NCBI GenBank assembly: GCA_964016885.1
Contig: OZ024743.1
Location: forward strand, 371,008,001-371,072,000
DNA length: 64,000 nucleotides
Source: Eledone cirrhosa
Taxonomy: Eukaryota
Direction of reading: 5' to 3'
The notes beneath the pieces were generated by a model, which saw only the letters and a program-made list of their open reading frames with translations, searched no databases and was not told the origin of the DNA. The position numbers were made by a program, and so were the translations under genes. Shown here one piece after another: positions 12,134 through 23,000 of the stretch (the first letter of the stretch is position 1; each line of letters begins with the position of its first letter).

Positions 12134-13712
12134 CAATCGTTTTTTTTATTTAATGACCGATAAATCAGATTTCCAGCCATTTAATTCTAGGCGATCGGAG
12201 TTAATGACTATTTTTTTAATGACCACTTTTTTTTGACAAAAATTGCAATGAACATACCCATGTGTCGTTTTTTGAACCAGAGTTACCTCCCCTTGTCTGG
12301 TCACTCTCAGAAGGAGCTGTTTGAGAGTTCTAGAGAGTCTTAATAACTGTTTCTACTTTAGGCACAAGGCCAGCAAATAAACAGTGCATTACTGGTACTT
12401 TATTTTATCGACCCCGTAAAGATGAAAGGCAAAGTCAACCTCAATAACGTAGCTAAACATGGCTGGACGTATATTTAACTTGTCATGTTTCCTAACCCAA
12501 AACAATATTACACCATGTACCCAAGAACAAGTAACATCAAGAAAAAGCGAAAGACGTTTACTATTGATCAGATAAAGGTCATTGATTACAAATTCGCAAA
12601 TCCCAGTGTTACCCAGGACCAACTTGCAACAAAATTTGGCATGCCAAAGGGGACCATAAACACAATTATGAAAAATATTTGACCCAAAACGATGAATCGA
12701 ATGCTCGAAAAAACATTCTCAAGAGCAAAGAAAAACGACGATGTCTACAAAATTTTATATGAGTGGGTTCAAAAGAAAAGAAAGGCAAATCACACAATGA
12801 CCAATGACCTTTTGGCAATAATGGCGATTAAAATAAACAAAAAATTGGGTGTACACGATTTCAAGGCTTCTACGTGGATCGCACGCTTCAAATCAAAATA
12901 CGGGATCAAATCCGGTTTGATATCTGGAGAGGAAGGATTGATGGACCCCATCATTTTGAGAGAAACTTGGAACGAATTCGAAGAAATTTACAAAAAATAC
13001 TGGCCAGAAGACGTGTTCAACTGTGATGAAACCGGCCTGTTTTTTAAGTGCAAAAAAATCCTCAAGGAATTTAAGCATGGAGAAAGATAATTTAGAAAAA
13101 TCCTATGAAATACAATTAAAAGAGTACAAAATAGTCGATTCTCTGCCACTGTGCATCGAATCGTGGGGTGCAGTGATAAAAGAAACAATAAAAAACTGTT
13201 TCACGAAAGCATTTGATAACTGGCGCTGCTCCATTGATAAGAATGAAAACGAGGAGTCCTCCGTGAGAAAACCGGAATTTCAAGATGATAATAGAAAATA
13301 CGCACTAGAAGAAGCTGAATTAAACTACTTCCCAGCTGATGATTTTTGAAAAATCTCAATGAGTATACGATGGAATGTGAAGAACTAGAAGAGTCTTGCA
13401 TCACAGATCCACCCAAGGGCACAATTGGATATGCGGACGCCTTTGCATATTTGGAGGGCCTTGAAGATATTTTCTGAAAAATGAAAATAGCGCGCTAATT
13501 GTTGGTCAACTGCGTGAAAGCTTGCTGAGAACCAAGAAAAAAAGAAGGCCGCTAATAACGGACTATATTAGGACATTTAAAAATTAGGTTTCTTCAATTT
13601 TTCAGTAAAAAATTATTTTGATCTTCGAAATTTTTTAATTTAGTCATTATTTTTTTTTATGACCAACCCGCGAAAAGGTCACCCTCACAGTCATTAAATG
13701 AAAAAATGACTA
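12134..13712 (+). mobile_element. Tigger/pogo-family DNA transposon, internally deleted, transposase broken
   Basis: ORFs 12485-13349 give CENP-B-type HTH domains (KRKTFTIDQ..., LYEWVQKKR...FKASTWIARFKSKYGI) and the DDE_1 start DVFNCDETGLFFK. Imperfect TIRs caatcgtttttttt-atttaatgac / gtcattaaatgaaaaaatgacta with TA on each side. Confidence 0.85.
12345..12445 (-). mobile_element. SINE fragment nested in the Tigger element
   Basis: Reverse complement of the gcctttcatc...ggggtcgataaaataaagtaccag body seen at 18150-18295. Confidence 0.75.
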
Positions 13713-14019
13713 TATATAAAGTTGTAGTTCCTATCTGTTGGTTGGTTTTTTTGTTCACGAACTCCTCCTATGATTTTGGAGATAGACCCCCATAACCATA
13801 TATATTCTGAAACTACATTGCCCAGAGTACTTGGATAAGTATATTTCATTTTAATCAAAGCGTTTCCCGGTGGCACACACCCCCCCCCCCCCCCGCTGAA
13901 AATGTTTTCCCTTCGATTTATATGAAATTTAAACCATAGGTAAATGACAAGATATGATGCCTATTCACAAAATTTCAGCATATTCCAATAATATTGAGAC
14001 ACCCTAATGGGGGTTAAAC

Positions 14020-14688
14020 CCCTATAGTGAAAATGTTGGCCAATAAATGTGTTGTAACAAGATTGCATGAGAACTTGATTGAAACAACCATTATATTCGG
14101 GGCTTACAAAGGTCAAGCTCTTCTCATTCTGAAGATTCCGCTTATACCAAGTGATAGCGAGTTGCCTTTTACATTTAAGAGGCTGCAGTTCCCAGTGAGG
14201 CCATGCTTTGCCATGAACATCAATAAGAGTCATGGTCAAACTTTCAAAACTATTGGTATAGATCTGACAAACCCATGTTTCTTCAAAAAATCTCTACATT
14301 TTAGCCAATCAAGAAATGTTTACCCTGAAGTTCTTCATTAGGACAAAGTATGAAATATATTTTCATATGTATTTATTATGTTAGAAAATAAATAATTAAA
14401 CTTTGAATTTCTAATTTGAAAATAATGCTTTACATAAAAATGAAATGATCAAGTTTTGAATTGATATTTTGAAAAAAATTATTTACAAGAAACAAAATAA
14501 GAATAAGATTTAATAATGTAATTTTTATTTTAAAATAATGTATTCCAATTTTTCATGCATTACATTTTACATTAAGTAATATTGAAATGCAGAGTTTTTC
14601 TCCATAAATTATATCACTGATTTAAAATCAATCATCATTTTCTTACAAAAAAATGTGAAACGCAGCAAGGCTCGGGTAATTCGGCTAG
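14020..14688 (+). mobile_element. Helitron 3' fragment with terminus
   Basis: ORF 14027-14341: IPLIPSDSELPFTFKRLQFPVRPCFAMNINKSHGQT. GC-rich subterminal motif followed by CTAG|T at 14685-14689. Confidence 0.8.
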
Positions 14689-15255
14689 TAAATTATAAAG
14701 TAGTAATGCCTAATACATTTCAAAAATTGCTGATGATTACTACGCCAACAAAAATTATTTATAACTTTTACCAGAACCGATTACCAGAATATTTTATTGA
14801 AGAAATTTCAAATGGATTAGATAATGTTTACAATAAATATATATAAAGATAGTAAAGATTTACTTAGTGAAAATAATTGAAAAGGGAGGAGGGAGCAGTA
14901 ATTTCATCATCCCAGTCTAGGCGGTATATCTCTGAAGCATGCCAGCGACACATGGACAGGATGTACTCCTCACATTTTTGTGGTTTCGACAGAAGCGGTC
15001 GGTTAAGTTTCAATATTTGTCTCTTCGGCGTTACGGGCGGCCGTGCCCCGTTTGTGACCGAAGCAAGGTTGGAACCAGAAGGACTTTGTAGCATGTGGAG
15101 TTGAGGATTAGAGATGTACCTCCTTCAAAGGGAAGAGTTTTAGGCCATCTAGGCGCTTACCATCACAACAGGTTCCTTCAATTGACATTCAAAAAGCTGG
15201 ACACGCACCACATTTTTAAAAATTATCCAACATTTGACCGTTTTTTTTTTTTACA

Positions 15256-16050
15256 CCCACTTATTCCTGGGAGGGTCGTTGGTGCAGAGTTATCACACAT
15301 GGCTTTCCACGATTCCTGTTATAATCAACCGTCTCCAATTAATCTGGCTGGATCTCCAAGCAAGACCAGCCGAGCTCATGGATGTTATCCAACCATCTTG
15401 CTTTGGGTTTCTCGCCGGTTGGTTTTGCCCGTGTAATCTGTCCAGCAATTCTTTCCTGAGACATGGAGGAGCCCCATTTTGACCTCTTGTATTCACGATC
15501 ATATTCTTTTGGCTATAACCTCAAATTCATGACCATAGGTAAGAATACCAAATTGAAGATAGCAAGTTTGGCTTTTGCACCTACCACTCTCCTTCCTTCT
15601 GATAACCAAATGCTGGTGCATTACTGCAACAGTTTCTACAATTCTTTCACTTAATTCAGCCTCTTACTTTTCATCACTCGTGAACATGACCCCGATATAC
15701 TTCAACTTCTCCGCCTGCTTCAGTAAAACTTCACTGACATGTAGAGCACATAATGCAGGCATTTTTGAGAGGACAAATGTCTGTCTTCACATTCATTCCA
15801 GCCGTGCAGCATTCGGCAGCAAACTTATTAAGTTCATATCAGAGATCACCTTGTGATGAGTTAAGTAACACCATGTTGTCTGCAATTTACAGCCGACTGA
15901 TCCTACACCCTCTAGTCATGATACCACTTCCAATCCAGCTGCACATGTCAATCCTGTTTGTGAAGTTTATTATAAGCTGTCCATCAATCCTTACTCCTGC
16001 AGAACCTTCTACAGCAGGTCCCAAGCAACGTGGTCGCATGCCTTTTCAAG
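15256..16050 (-). mobile_element. Decayed RTE-clade LINE 3' fragment (different family)
   Basis: The minus strand gives ADNMVLL, EKLKYIGVMF and KPKARWLDNI-like RT/C-terminal pieces with many frameshifts. Confidence 0.7.
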
Positions 16051-16059
16051 GTCTACACA

Positions 16060-16660
16060 ATTTCTACTACGATTTCTCCAAAGACCTACCGCAATTTTTC
16101 AATTAACACACTTTTTTACCTATAATTCTTTACCCACAATTTTTTAATTATACACCTTTTACCCCAATGAAAAAAAAACCCATATTTTTAAAATTTATCT
16201 TCAGTTTTTGTTTTAAATTTCCCTACTTTTTTACTCACTCATGCTTTTTAACTTTCTTCAGTTTTATAATTTGCCCATCTTTTTGCTCACAAATTAAAAA
16301 TTTATCCGAGTTTTTACTTTTCTCACCTATGTTACCCACAACCACCTATTTATCTGTTTATCCATGTTTTTTTTTTATTTAACCTTTTTATGTACATTTT
16401 TTAATTACTTACCTTTTTACCTTCAATTTTTTAATATGCCCACCTTTTACCCACCATTTTCAGAATTTACCTTTCATTTTGCATATAGTTTTTTTTTATC
16501 TAATCACCATTTTACCCACCTTTTTATCCACATATTTTGAATTTACCCACTTTTATGCCAATGTCTTTTTTTAATTGCTCACATTTTACTGACATTTAAA
16601 AACTTTCCTACAGTTTCTTTTTAATTTGCCCTTACTCACAATTTTTTTCATTTCTTCATT
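16060..16660. repeat. Pyrimidine-rich degenerate minisatellite (ttttaccca/aattttt units)
   Basis: Repeated ttt(t)acc(c) cores throughout the interval. Confidence 0.6.
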
Positions 16661-16990
16661 TTGCACATGGCCGAACCTGACCAGGCCTCTGAGATGGAAC
16701 AGGCTCTGGCCTACTGGACAGACGAAGTCCTCTCTCTCCCCCAGTATACTACATTCCAACATAACTGGGATAACATCAATTGCAGGTCTTCTGTCAGGCC
16801 GATCGAGTCTGGCTTGGACCAACAGCGGCGCGTAGCTGATTTCAGTGCCCTCCTCATTAACAGGTACCCTTTTTGATGGGTGCACTCGCATCAGAGTAGC
16901 CCAACGCCTTGGCCTCTGTGTGTGTGAGCCACATAAATTCCGCTGCAAGGCGGTTATTGACAAGCTCGGCCTGCACCCTCTGTCTTGCTG
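16660..16990 (+). mobile_element. CRE-clade-like (RLE-type) non-LTR retrotransposon fragment
   Basis: Translates to ALAYW..LP....QHNWD and RIRVAQRLGLCVCEPHKFRCKAVIDKLGLHPLSC, resembling the LRLG..CxPHxCxC...D..G.H.LSC zinc knuckle found before the RLE domain. Confidence 0.6.
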
Positions 16991-17975
16991 CTAAAAGAGA
17001 AGCTAGACATCAGGTGTACTTAGCACGCAGGGAGGCTGAGTGTAGGTGGTTTGCCAATGTTCTGCGACGGGAAGATCAGAGACGTGCAGTGTTCCGCATT
17101 GAAAGGCAGTGTGTCGGTGTAAATCAGGATCCTGTTGGAGATAAGTATGTCCGAAATGATGCTGGTGTACTTAGTGTCCCTAATAATCAGAAAAAGGAGG
17201 CTGGAAATGTGATTATGAGAGATTGATGAATGTGGAGAACGAATGGGAGAGAGAAACTACCCCCAGTAGACCCAACATGGGACCAGCTATTGAGATTGAC
17301 GACTATCGGGTCCAAGAGGCAATTAAGGAAATGAAAAGTGGTGAGGCCACTGGACCATCGGGGATAGTTGCTGAGATGCTGAAGGCATCAGGAGAAGTAG
17401 GAACTAAACTGGTTGCAACGCATCATGAATCAAGCTATATAATGCGGAGTCATACCCAAAGGCTGGTGCAGCAGTATTCTCATAAATTGCTACAAAGGTA
17501 AAGGGGGTGCTCTGGAGAGGAGCAATTATAGGGCATAAAACTGATGAATCAGGTTATGAAAGTGGCAGAAAATATTAGCGCAACTAATTAGAGAAAGGGT
17601 CAAACTAGATGAGATGCAGTTTGGTTTTGTGCCTGGGAAAAGTACAACAGATGCCCTCTTCTTGGTGAGACAACTACAAGAGAGGTTCTTGGAGAAGAAT
17701 AAGCCACTATACTTAGCCTTTGTTGACCTAGAGAAGGCCATTGATAGGGTACTCCGATCTGTCATCTGGTAGTTCCTAAGGAAACTCGGTGTAGAGGAAT
17801 GGCTTGTGAGGACAGTGCAAGCTATGTACAGGGGTGCTGTCAGTAAAGTGAGAGTAGGAATGGAGTTTAGTGAGGAATTCCAGATACAAGTAGGAGTACA
17901 TCAGGGTTCGGTCCCCAGCCTGCTCTTGTCCATTATAGCCATAACAGGAGTTTAAGACTGGCTGCCCATGGATGA
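16988..17975 (+). mobile_element. RTE LINE internal fragment
   Basis: AKREARHQVYLARREAE, GPSGIVAEMLKASG, MQFGFVPGKSTTDALF; the frame is broken. Confidence 0.9.
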
Positions 17976-18149
17976 TGATGATGACACACATCTACACAAA
18001 CATACACAGAGAAAATAATTATTACATGCACACATATGTGTGTGTGCATATGTATGAGTAACACAGGTGTGTTCTGTTTTCTATAGTTTGTCACAGCCCC
18101 CTTCCTTCCACACTCATCACATAGATGTATGTGCATGTAATCGTTATTT

Positions 18150-18505
18150 TGTTCGGCATAGTTACGTCCCTTTACGATCTGAGTTCAAATCCCGCCGATG
18201 TTGACTTTGCCTTTCATCCTTACGGGGTCGATCAAATAAAGTACCAGTAATGCACTGGTTAATTGTTGGCCTTGTGCCTAAAGTAGAAACAGTTATTTTG
18301 TATCATGTATATGTATGTATTTTTATACTGAAACATAGATGAGTTACCTCCCTTTGTGTGACAAAACCATGACGGCGGTGGATTCGTCGGACACCATGCT
18401 TTGACGCATAAAGTTTCGGCCCTTGCCTTTCGCCCTTACGGAGTCGATAAAATAAAGTACCAGTAATGCACAAATTTGGCCTTGTGCCAAAAGTAGAAAC
18501 AATTA
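18150..18505 (+). mobile_element. Two tRNA-derived SINE copies (18150-18295, 18410-18505)
   Basis: B-box gagttcaaatccc, conserved body gcctttcatccttacggggtcgat..aataaagtaccag (resembles the Meta-domain SINE core), and tail ggccttgtgcc.aaagtagaaaca. Confidence 0.75.
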
Positions 18506-19293
18506 TATATTAGTAGATTCTTATATAGAATTGATATTAAATATATTAGGGGGTTTTGAGTTTTAAAAGATGTTTAATCTGTGAATACAGTGAACAAAAT
18601 AATCACCATGTTTTACGATTCTGGCAAACAAAATGCTGAATGCTCTACCCACAAAAGAGATGCACTGATGAAAACCTCCATTCCAATCAAATTGAATGGG
18701 CATGTAGTTTGGGGGCCTAGAGTGCTGGATGCTTCCACCACTTTCAATTCAGCTAGAAATCTATCGGAGATTAGCTAGTATTTTGTCAACTCATTAAGAG
18801 AGGAAGCCTGGTTCTGATGTGGATTTCACCAAGTTGCCACTGGAAAAGGTTTTGCTGCAAACAAAGTTTGTGATCCTGATGAATATTTTTCAATGCCCTT
18901 GGTTTAACTCCAATGTATCCAGTTGAGACAGGAAACTGGCTACATCCAAACCATGTTTAACAATGTCTTTTGAGAGCAATATTCTGAGAGAATCAGCCAC
19001 TGCTGCTGCTACATGGCAATGAGTGAAGTCCAAAAACAAATATATTGTTGTGTTATGCAATTTTTATACTTATGGTATCCTTTTTGAGGCAATGTTTTAC
19101 AGCTGGGTGCTCTTCTTGGCACGTCTCTTACAATAAGCAGGGATATGATGTATCTATTTGAAACCTGATGATTCACAGTCAGAGTACCTGCAAGGCTTAC
19201 CCCTGCTTTAACAGGGAAATGGTTCTTGTTATGTAATTTTTATTTAATTTTTTTATGCCATTTAGTAACTTTTTTTTTCTTTTTTATTTATAG

Positions 19294-19328
19294 CACTGGA
19301 TTTGGTGCTGCCAACCAAGGAACTGCAG
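19294..19328 (+). CDS. FG-nucleoporin exon 2 (35 nt): (N)TGFGAANQGTA(G)
   Basis: Long poly-pyrimidine tract plus TAG acceptor; donor CAG|GTAATT. Phase 2 in and phase 1 out, which bridges exons 1 and 3 in frame. Confidence 0.85.
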
Positions 19329-20062
19329 GTAATTAAAGTTCTACTATGTATAATGTGTTTGCATAGAATGATTATTGATGGGTATTGAATCATTTCATAC
19401 TCTTTAGATATCAGTTATTCTGAAATTTATAATTATTTCAAAATTACACAAATGATAAACCAGATGATACTCCCAAAAGATGGGATTGTGATGACTGGAA
19501 TACTTTTGATCATTGGTTTGCTCATTCAAATTTTACTTGACATAAACAGCAAACAGTCTACCACTAGCTTTAAATGGCTTGCTAATGCTGAACCTCATGA
19601 AAAAGTCATGGATGCTGGGATGGTTGTTTGGTTAAGAGATTTATGAGCCAAATTTGGGAGATGGAAACAGATAGACTGGACCTGCTCTTGTGTTGTAGAC
19701 ATATTCCATCACCTAGTTTAACATTACCACTTGAACCATGTGTGTCTTTAGCAGAATTCACTCTATTGCAAGCATTCTGACCATGATCTCCAGTCTTAGA
19801 ATAACTTTCCCCTTTCCTCCCACTAGTTTTGGAGGCCCTGTAAAAAGGTCATATAAGTGCTACTTTTCCTCCTCTCATGAAACCATTCAAAAATGAAAAC
19901 TGAACACCACATTATTTTGAATCTCTATGCTCTTATATAAGAAATATATGTGTTTTTTTTTAATCTTAACCCTTTTGATACCAAATCATCTAGTTTTATG
20001 ATACAAAACTGTTCAATTAGAAGTATTGATATTTATGTTAAAAAAAACTTCCATCATAATTC

Positions 20063-23000
20063 CATCATCATCATCATCATCATCACCGTTTTACGTCCGT
20101 TCTTCCACGCTAGCATGGGTTAGACGGGTTGTCCTGTTGTGGGCAGTGTCTGGTCGGCTGACCATGCCTTGCTCATACAGGAACTGATCTGGCTTGATTT
20201 CTACAGCTGGATGCCCTTCCTAACACCAACCTCATTTACAGTGAGTGCTGGGTGCTTTTTCGTGGCGCCTACACGTCCACTTTACAGTGTGGGCTGGGTG
20301 CTTTTTTGCCGTGGCACCTCCACGGCCACCTTGCGGTGGGGGGGGGGGGGGGGGGGCATATTGTTTATATGCTTCAGCATGTACCCATGGGAGGTCGGGT
20401 ACCCTGTATTACTGCGTGACGCCAGAAGTCACGGTCGTGTGTCATTGACTTTGAGAGGTGTAGTTGGGTAAGGTCGGCTTTTATCACCTCATCCCAAGTC
20501 ATCTTGGGTCTCCCCACTCCGCGGTTTCCATCAACTTCTAGTGCTCTGCACCTTTTTATGCAGCTGTCATCCTTCATACGCATCACATGTCCATACCAGC
20601 GTAACCGCCTCTCCTGCACGCAGCATTTGATTCCTCTTATGCTCAGTCTCTCTCTCAATTCATTTATGCTTTGTCGTTCACGTATATTACTGTTACACAT
20701 CCATCGGAGCATGCAGGCTTCGTTTCTCTCTAATCTACGTAAGTCAGACCTTCAGCGCCCAGGTCTCACTACCATGCAACATCGCTGTTCGGATACACGC
20801 ATCATACAGTCTGCCTTTCATTCTGAGGGAGAAGCCTTTTGCAGCTAGCAGTGGTAGTAGTTCCCTAAACTTCTTCCATCCCGTTCTTACCCTAGTTATT
20901 GTACTTTCTGAGCACCCACCTCCGTTGCTAATTCGGTCACCTAGGTAGCAGAAGCTGTCTACTGTTTCTACAGGGCCCTCCCAGAGATTGGTGGTACTTG
21001 TTTCCTGTGGCTGTTTGCTTGCTGTTTCAGCACAGCTGCTGCATGTGAATCCTACATTCTTAATTAAGCTTCCTGAGATCCCGCTACATCTCTTGTGTAC
21101 CCATTGTTTGCATTTGGGGCAAAGAATGGAGTTCCTACCTACACCTTTCCTACATACTGAGCAAGGCCATTTCCCTGAGGGGATCTGGGTTCTGTTTTCT
21201 CGTCTACTTATAAGGACCTTAGTCTTTGTCATGTTGACTTTGAGGCCCTTTCTCTCTAGTCCCTAGATATATGTATCATCATCATCACCGTTTTACGTCC
21301 GTTCTTCCACGCTAGCATGGGTTAGACGGGTTGTCCTGTTGTGGGCAGTGTCTGGTCGGCTGACCATGCCTTGCTCATACAGGAACTGATCTGGCTTGAT
21401 TTCTACAGCTGGATGCCCTTCCTAACACCAACCTCATTTACAGTGAGTGCTGGGTGCTTTTTCGTGGCGCCTACACGTCCACTTTACAGTGTGGGCTGGG
21501 TGCTTTTTTGCCGTGGCACCTCCACGACCACCTTGCGGTGGGGGGGGGGGGGGGGGGCATATTGTTTATATGCTTCAGCATGTACCCATGGGAGGTCGGG
21601 TACCCTGTATTACTGCGTGACGCCAGAAGTCACGGTCGTGTGTCATTGACTTTGAGAGGTGTAGTTGGGTAAGGTCGGCTTTTATCACCTCATCCCAAGT
21701 CATCTTGGGTCTCCCCACTCCGCGGTTTCCATCAACTTCTAGTGCTCTGCACCTTTTTATGCAGCTGTCATCCTTCATACGCATCACATGTCCATACCAG
21801 CGTAACCGCCTCTCCTGCACGCAGCATTTGATTCCTCTTATGCTCAGTCTCTCTCTCAATTCATTTATGCTTTGTCGTTCACGTATATTACTGTTACACA
21901 TCCATCGGAGCATGCAGGCTTCGTTTCTCTCTAATCTACGTAAGTCAGACCTTCAGCGCCCAGGTCTCACTACCATGCAACATCGCTGTTCGGATACACG
22001 CATCATACAGTCTGCCTTTCATTCTGAGGGAGAAGCCTTTTGCAGCTAGCAGTGGTAGTAGTTCCCTAAACTTCTTCCATCCCGTTCTTACCCTAGTTAT
22101 TGTACTTTCTGAGCACCCACCTCCGTTGCTAATTCGGTCACCTAGGTAGCAGAAGCTGTCTACTGTTTCTACAGGGCCCTCCCAGAGATTGGTGGTACTT
22201 GTTTCCTGTGGCTGTTTGCTTGCTGTTTCAGCACAGCTGCTGCATGTGAATCCTACATTCTTAATTAAGCTTCCTGAGATCCCGCTACATCTCTTGTGTA
22301 CCCATTGTTTGCATTTGGGGCAAAGAATGGAGTTCCTACCTACACCTTTCCTACATACTGAGCAAGGCCATTTCCCTGAGGGGATCTGGGTTCTGTTTTC
22401 TCGTCTACTTATAAGGACCTTAGTCTTTGTCATGTTGACTTTGAGGCCCTTTCTCTCTAGTCCCTAGATATATGTATCATCATCATCACCGTTTTACGTC
22501 CGTTCTTCCACGCTAGCATGGGTTAGACGGGTTGTCCTGTTGTGGGCAGTGTCTGGTCGGCTGACCATGCCTTGCTCATACAGGAACTGATCTGGCTTGA
22601 TTTCTACAGCTGGATGCCCTTCCTAACACCAACCTCATTTACAGTGAGTGCTGGGTGCTTTTTCGTGGCGCCTACACGTCCACTTTACAGTGTGGGCTGG
22701 GTGCTTTTTTGCCGTGGCACCTCCACGACCACCTTGCGGTGGGGGGGGGGGGGGCATATTGTTTATATGCTTCAGCATGTACCCATGGGAGGTCGGGTAC
22801 CCTGTATTACTGCGTGACGCCAGAAGTCACGGTCGTGTGTCATTGACTTTGAGAGGTGTAGTTGGGTAAGGTCGGCTTTTATCACCTCATCCCAAGTCAT
22901 CTTGGGTCTCCCCACTCCGCGGTTTCCATCAACTTCTAGTGCTCTGCACCTTTTTATGCAGCTGTCATCCTTCATACGCATCACATGTCCATACCAGCGT

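Noticed and set aside
14970-15063. GC-rich hairpin and minus-strand CCGAAGA..gaca/tgtc..GAAA resembling a type III hammerhead
   Set aside because: The core is mutated and stems I and III do not close properly; no snoRNA or SECIS boxes were recognised.
18600-19030. Moderately GC-rich segment with short minus-strand coding-like stretches
   Set aside because: No recognisable motif or consistent splice signals; left unannotated.
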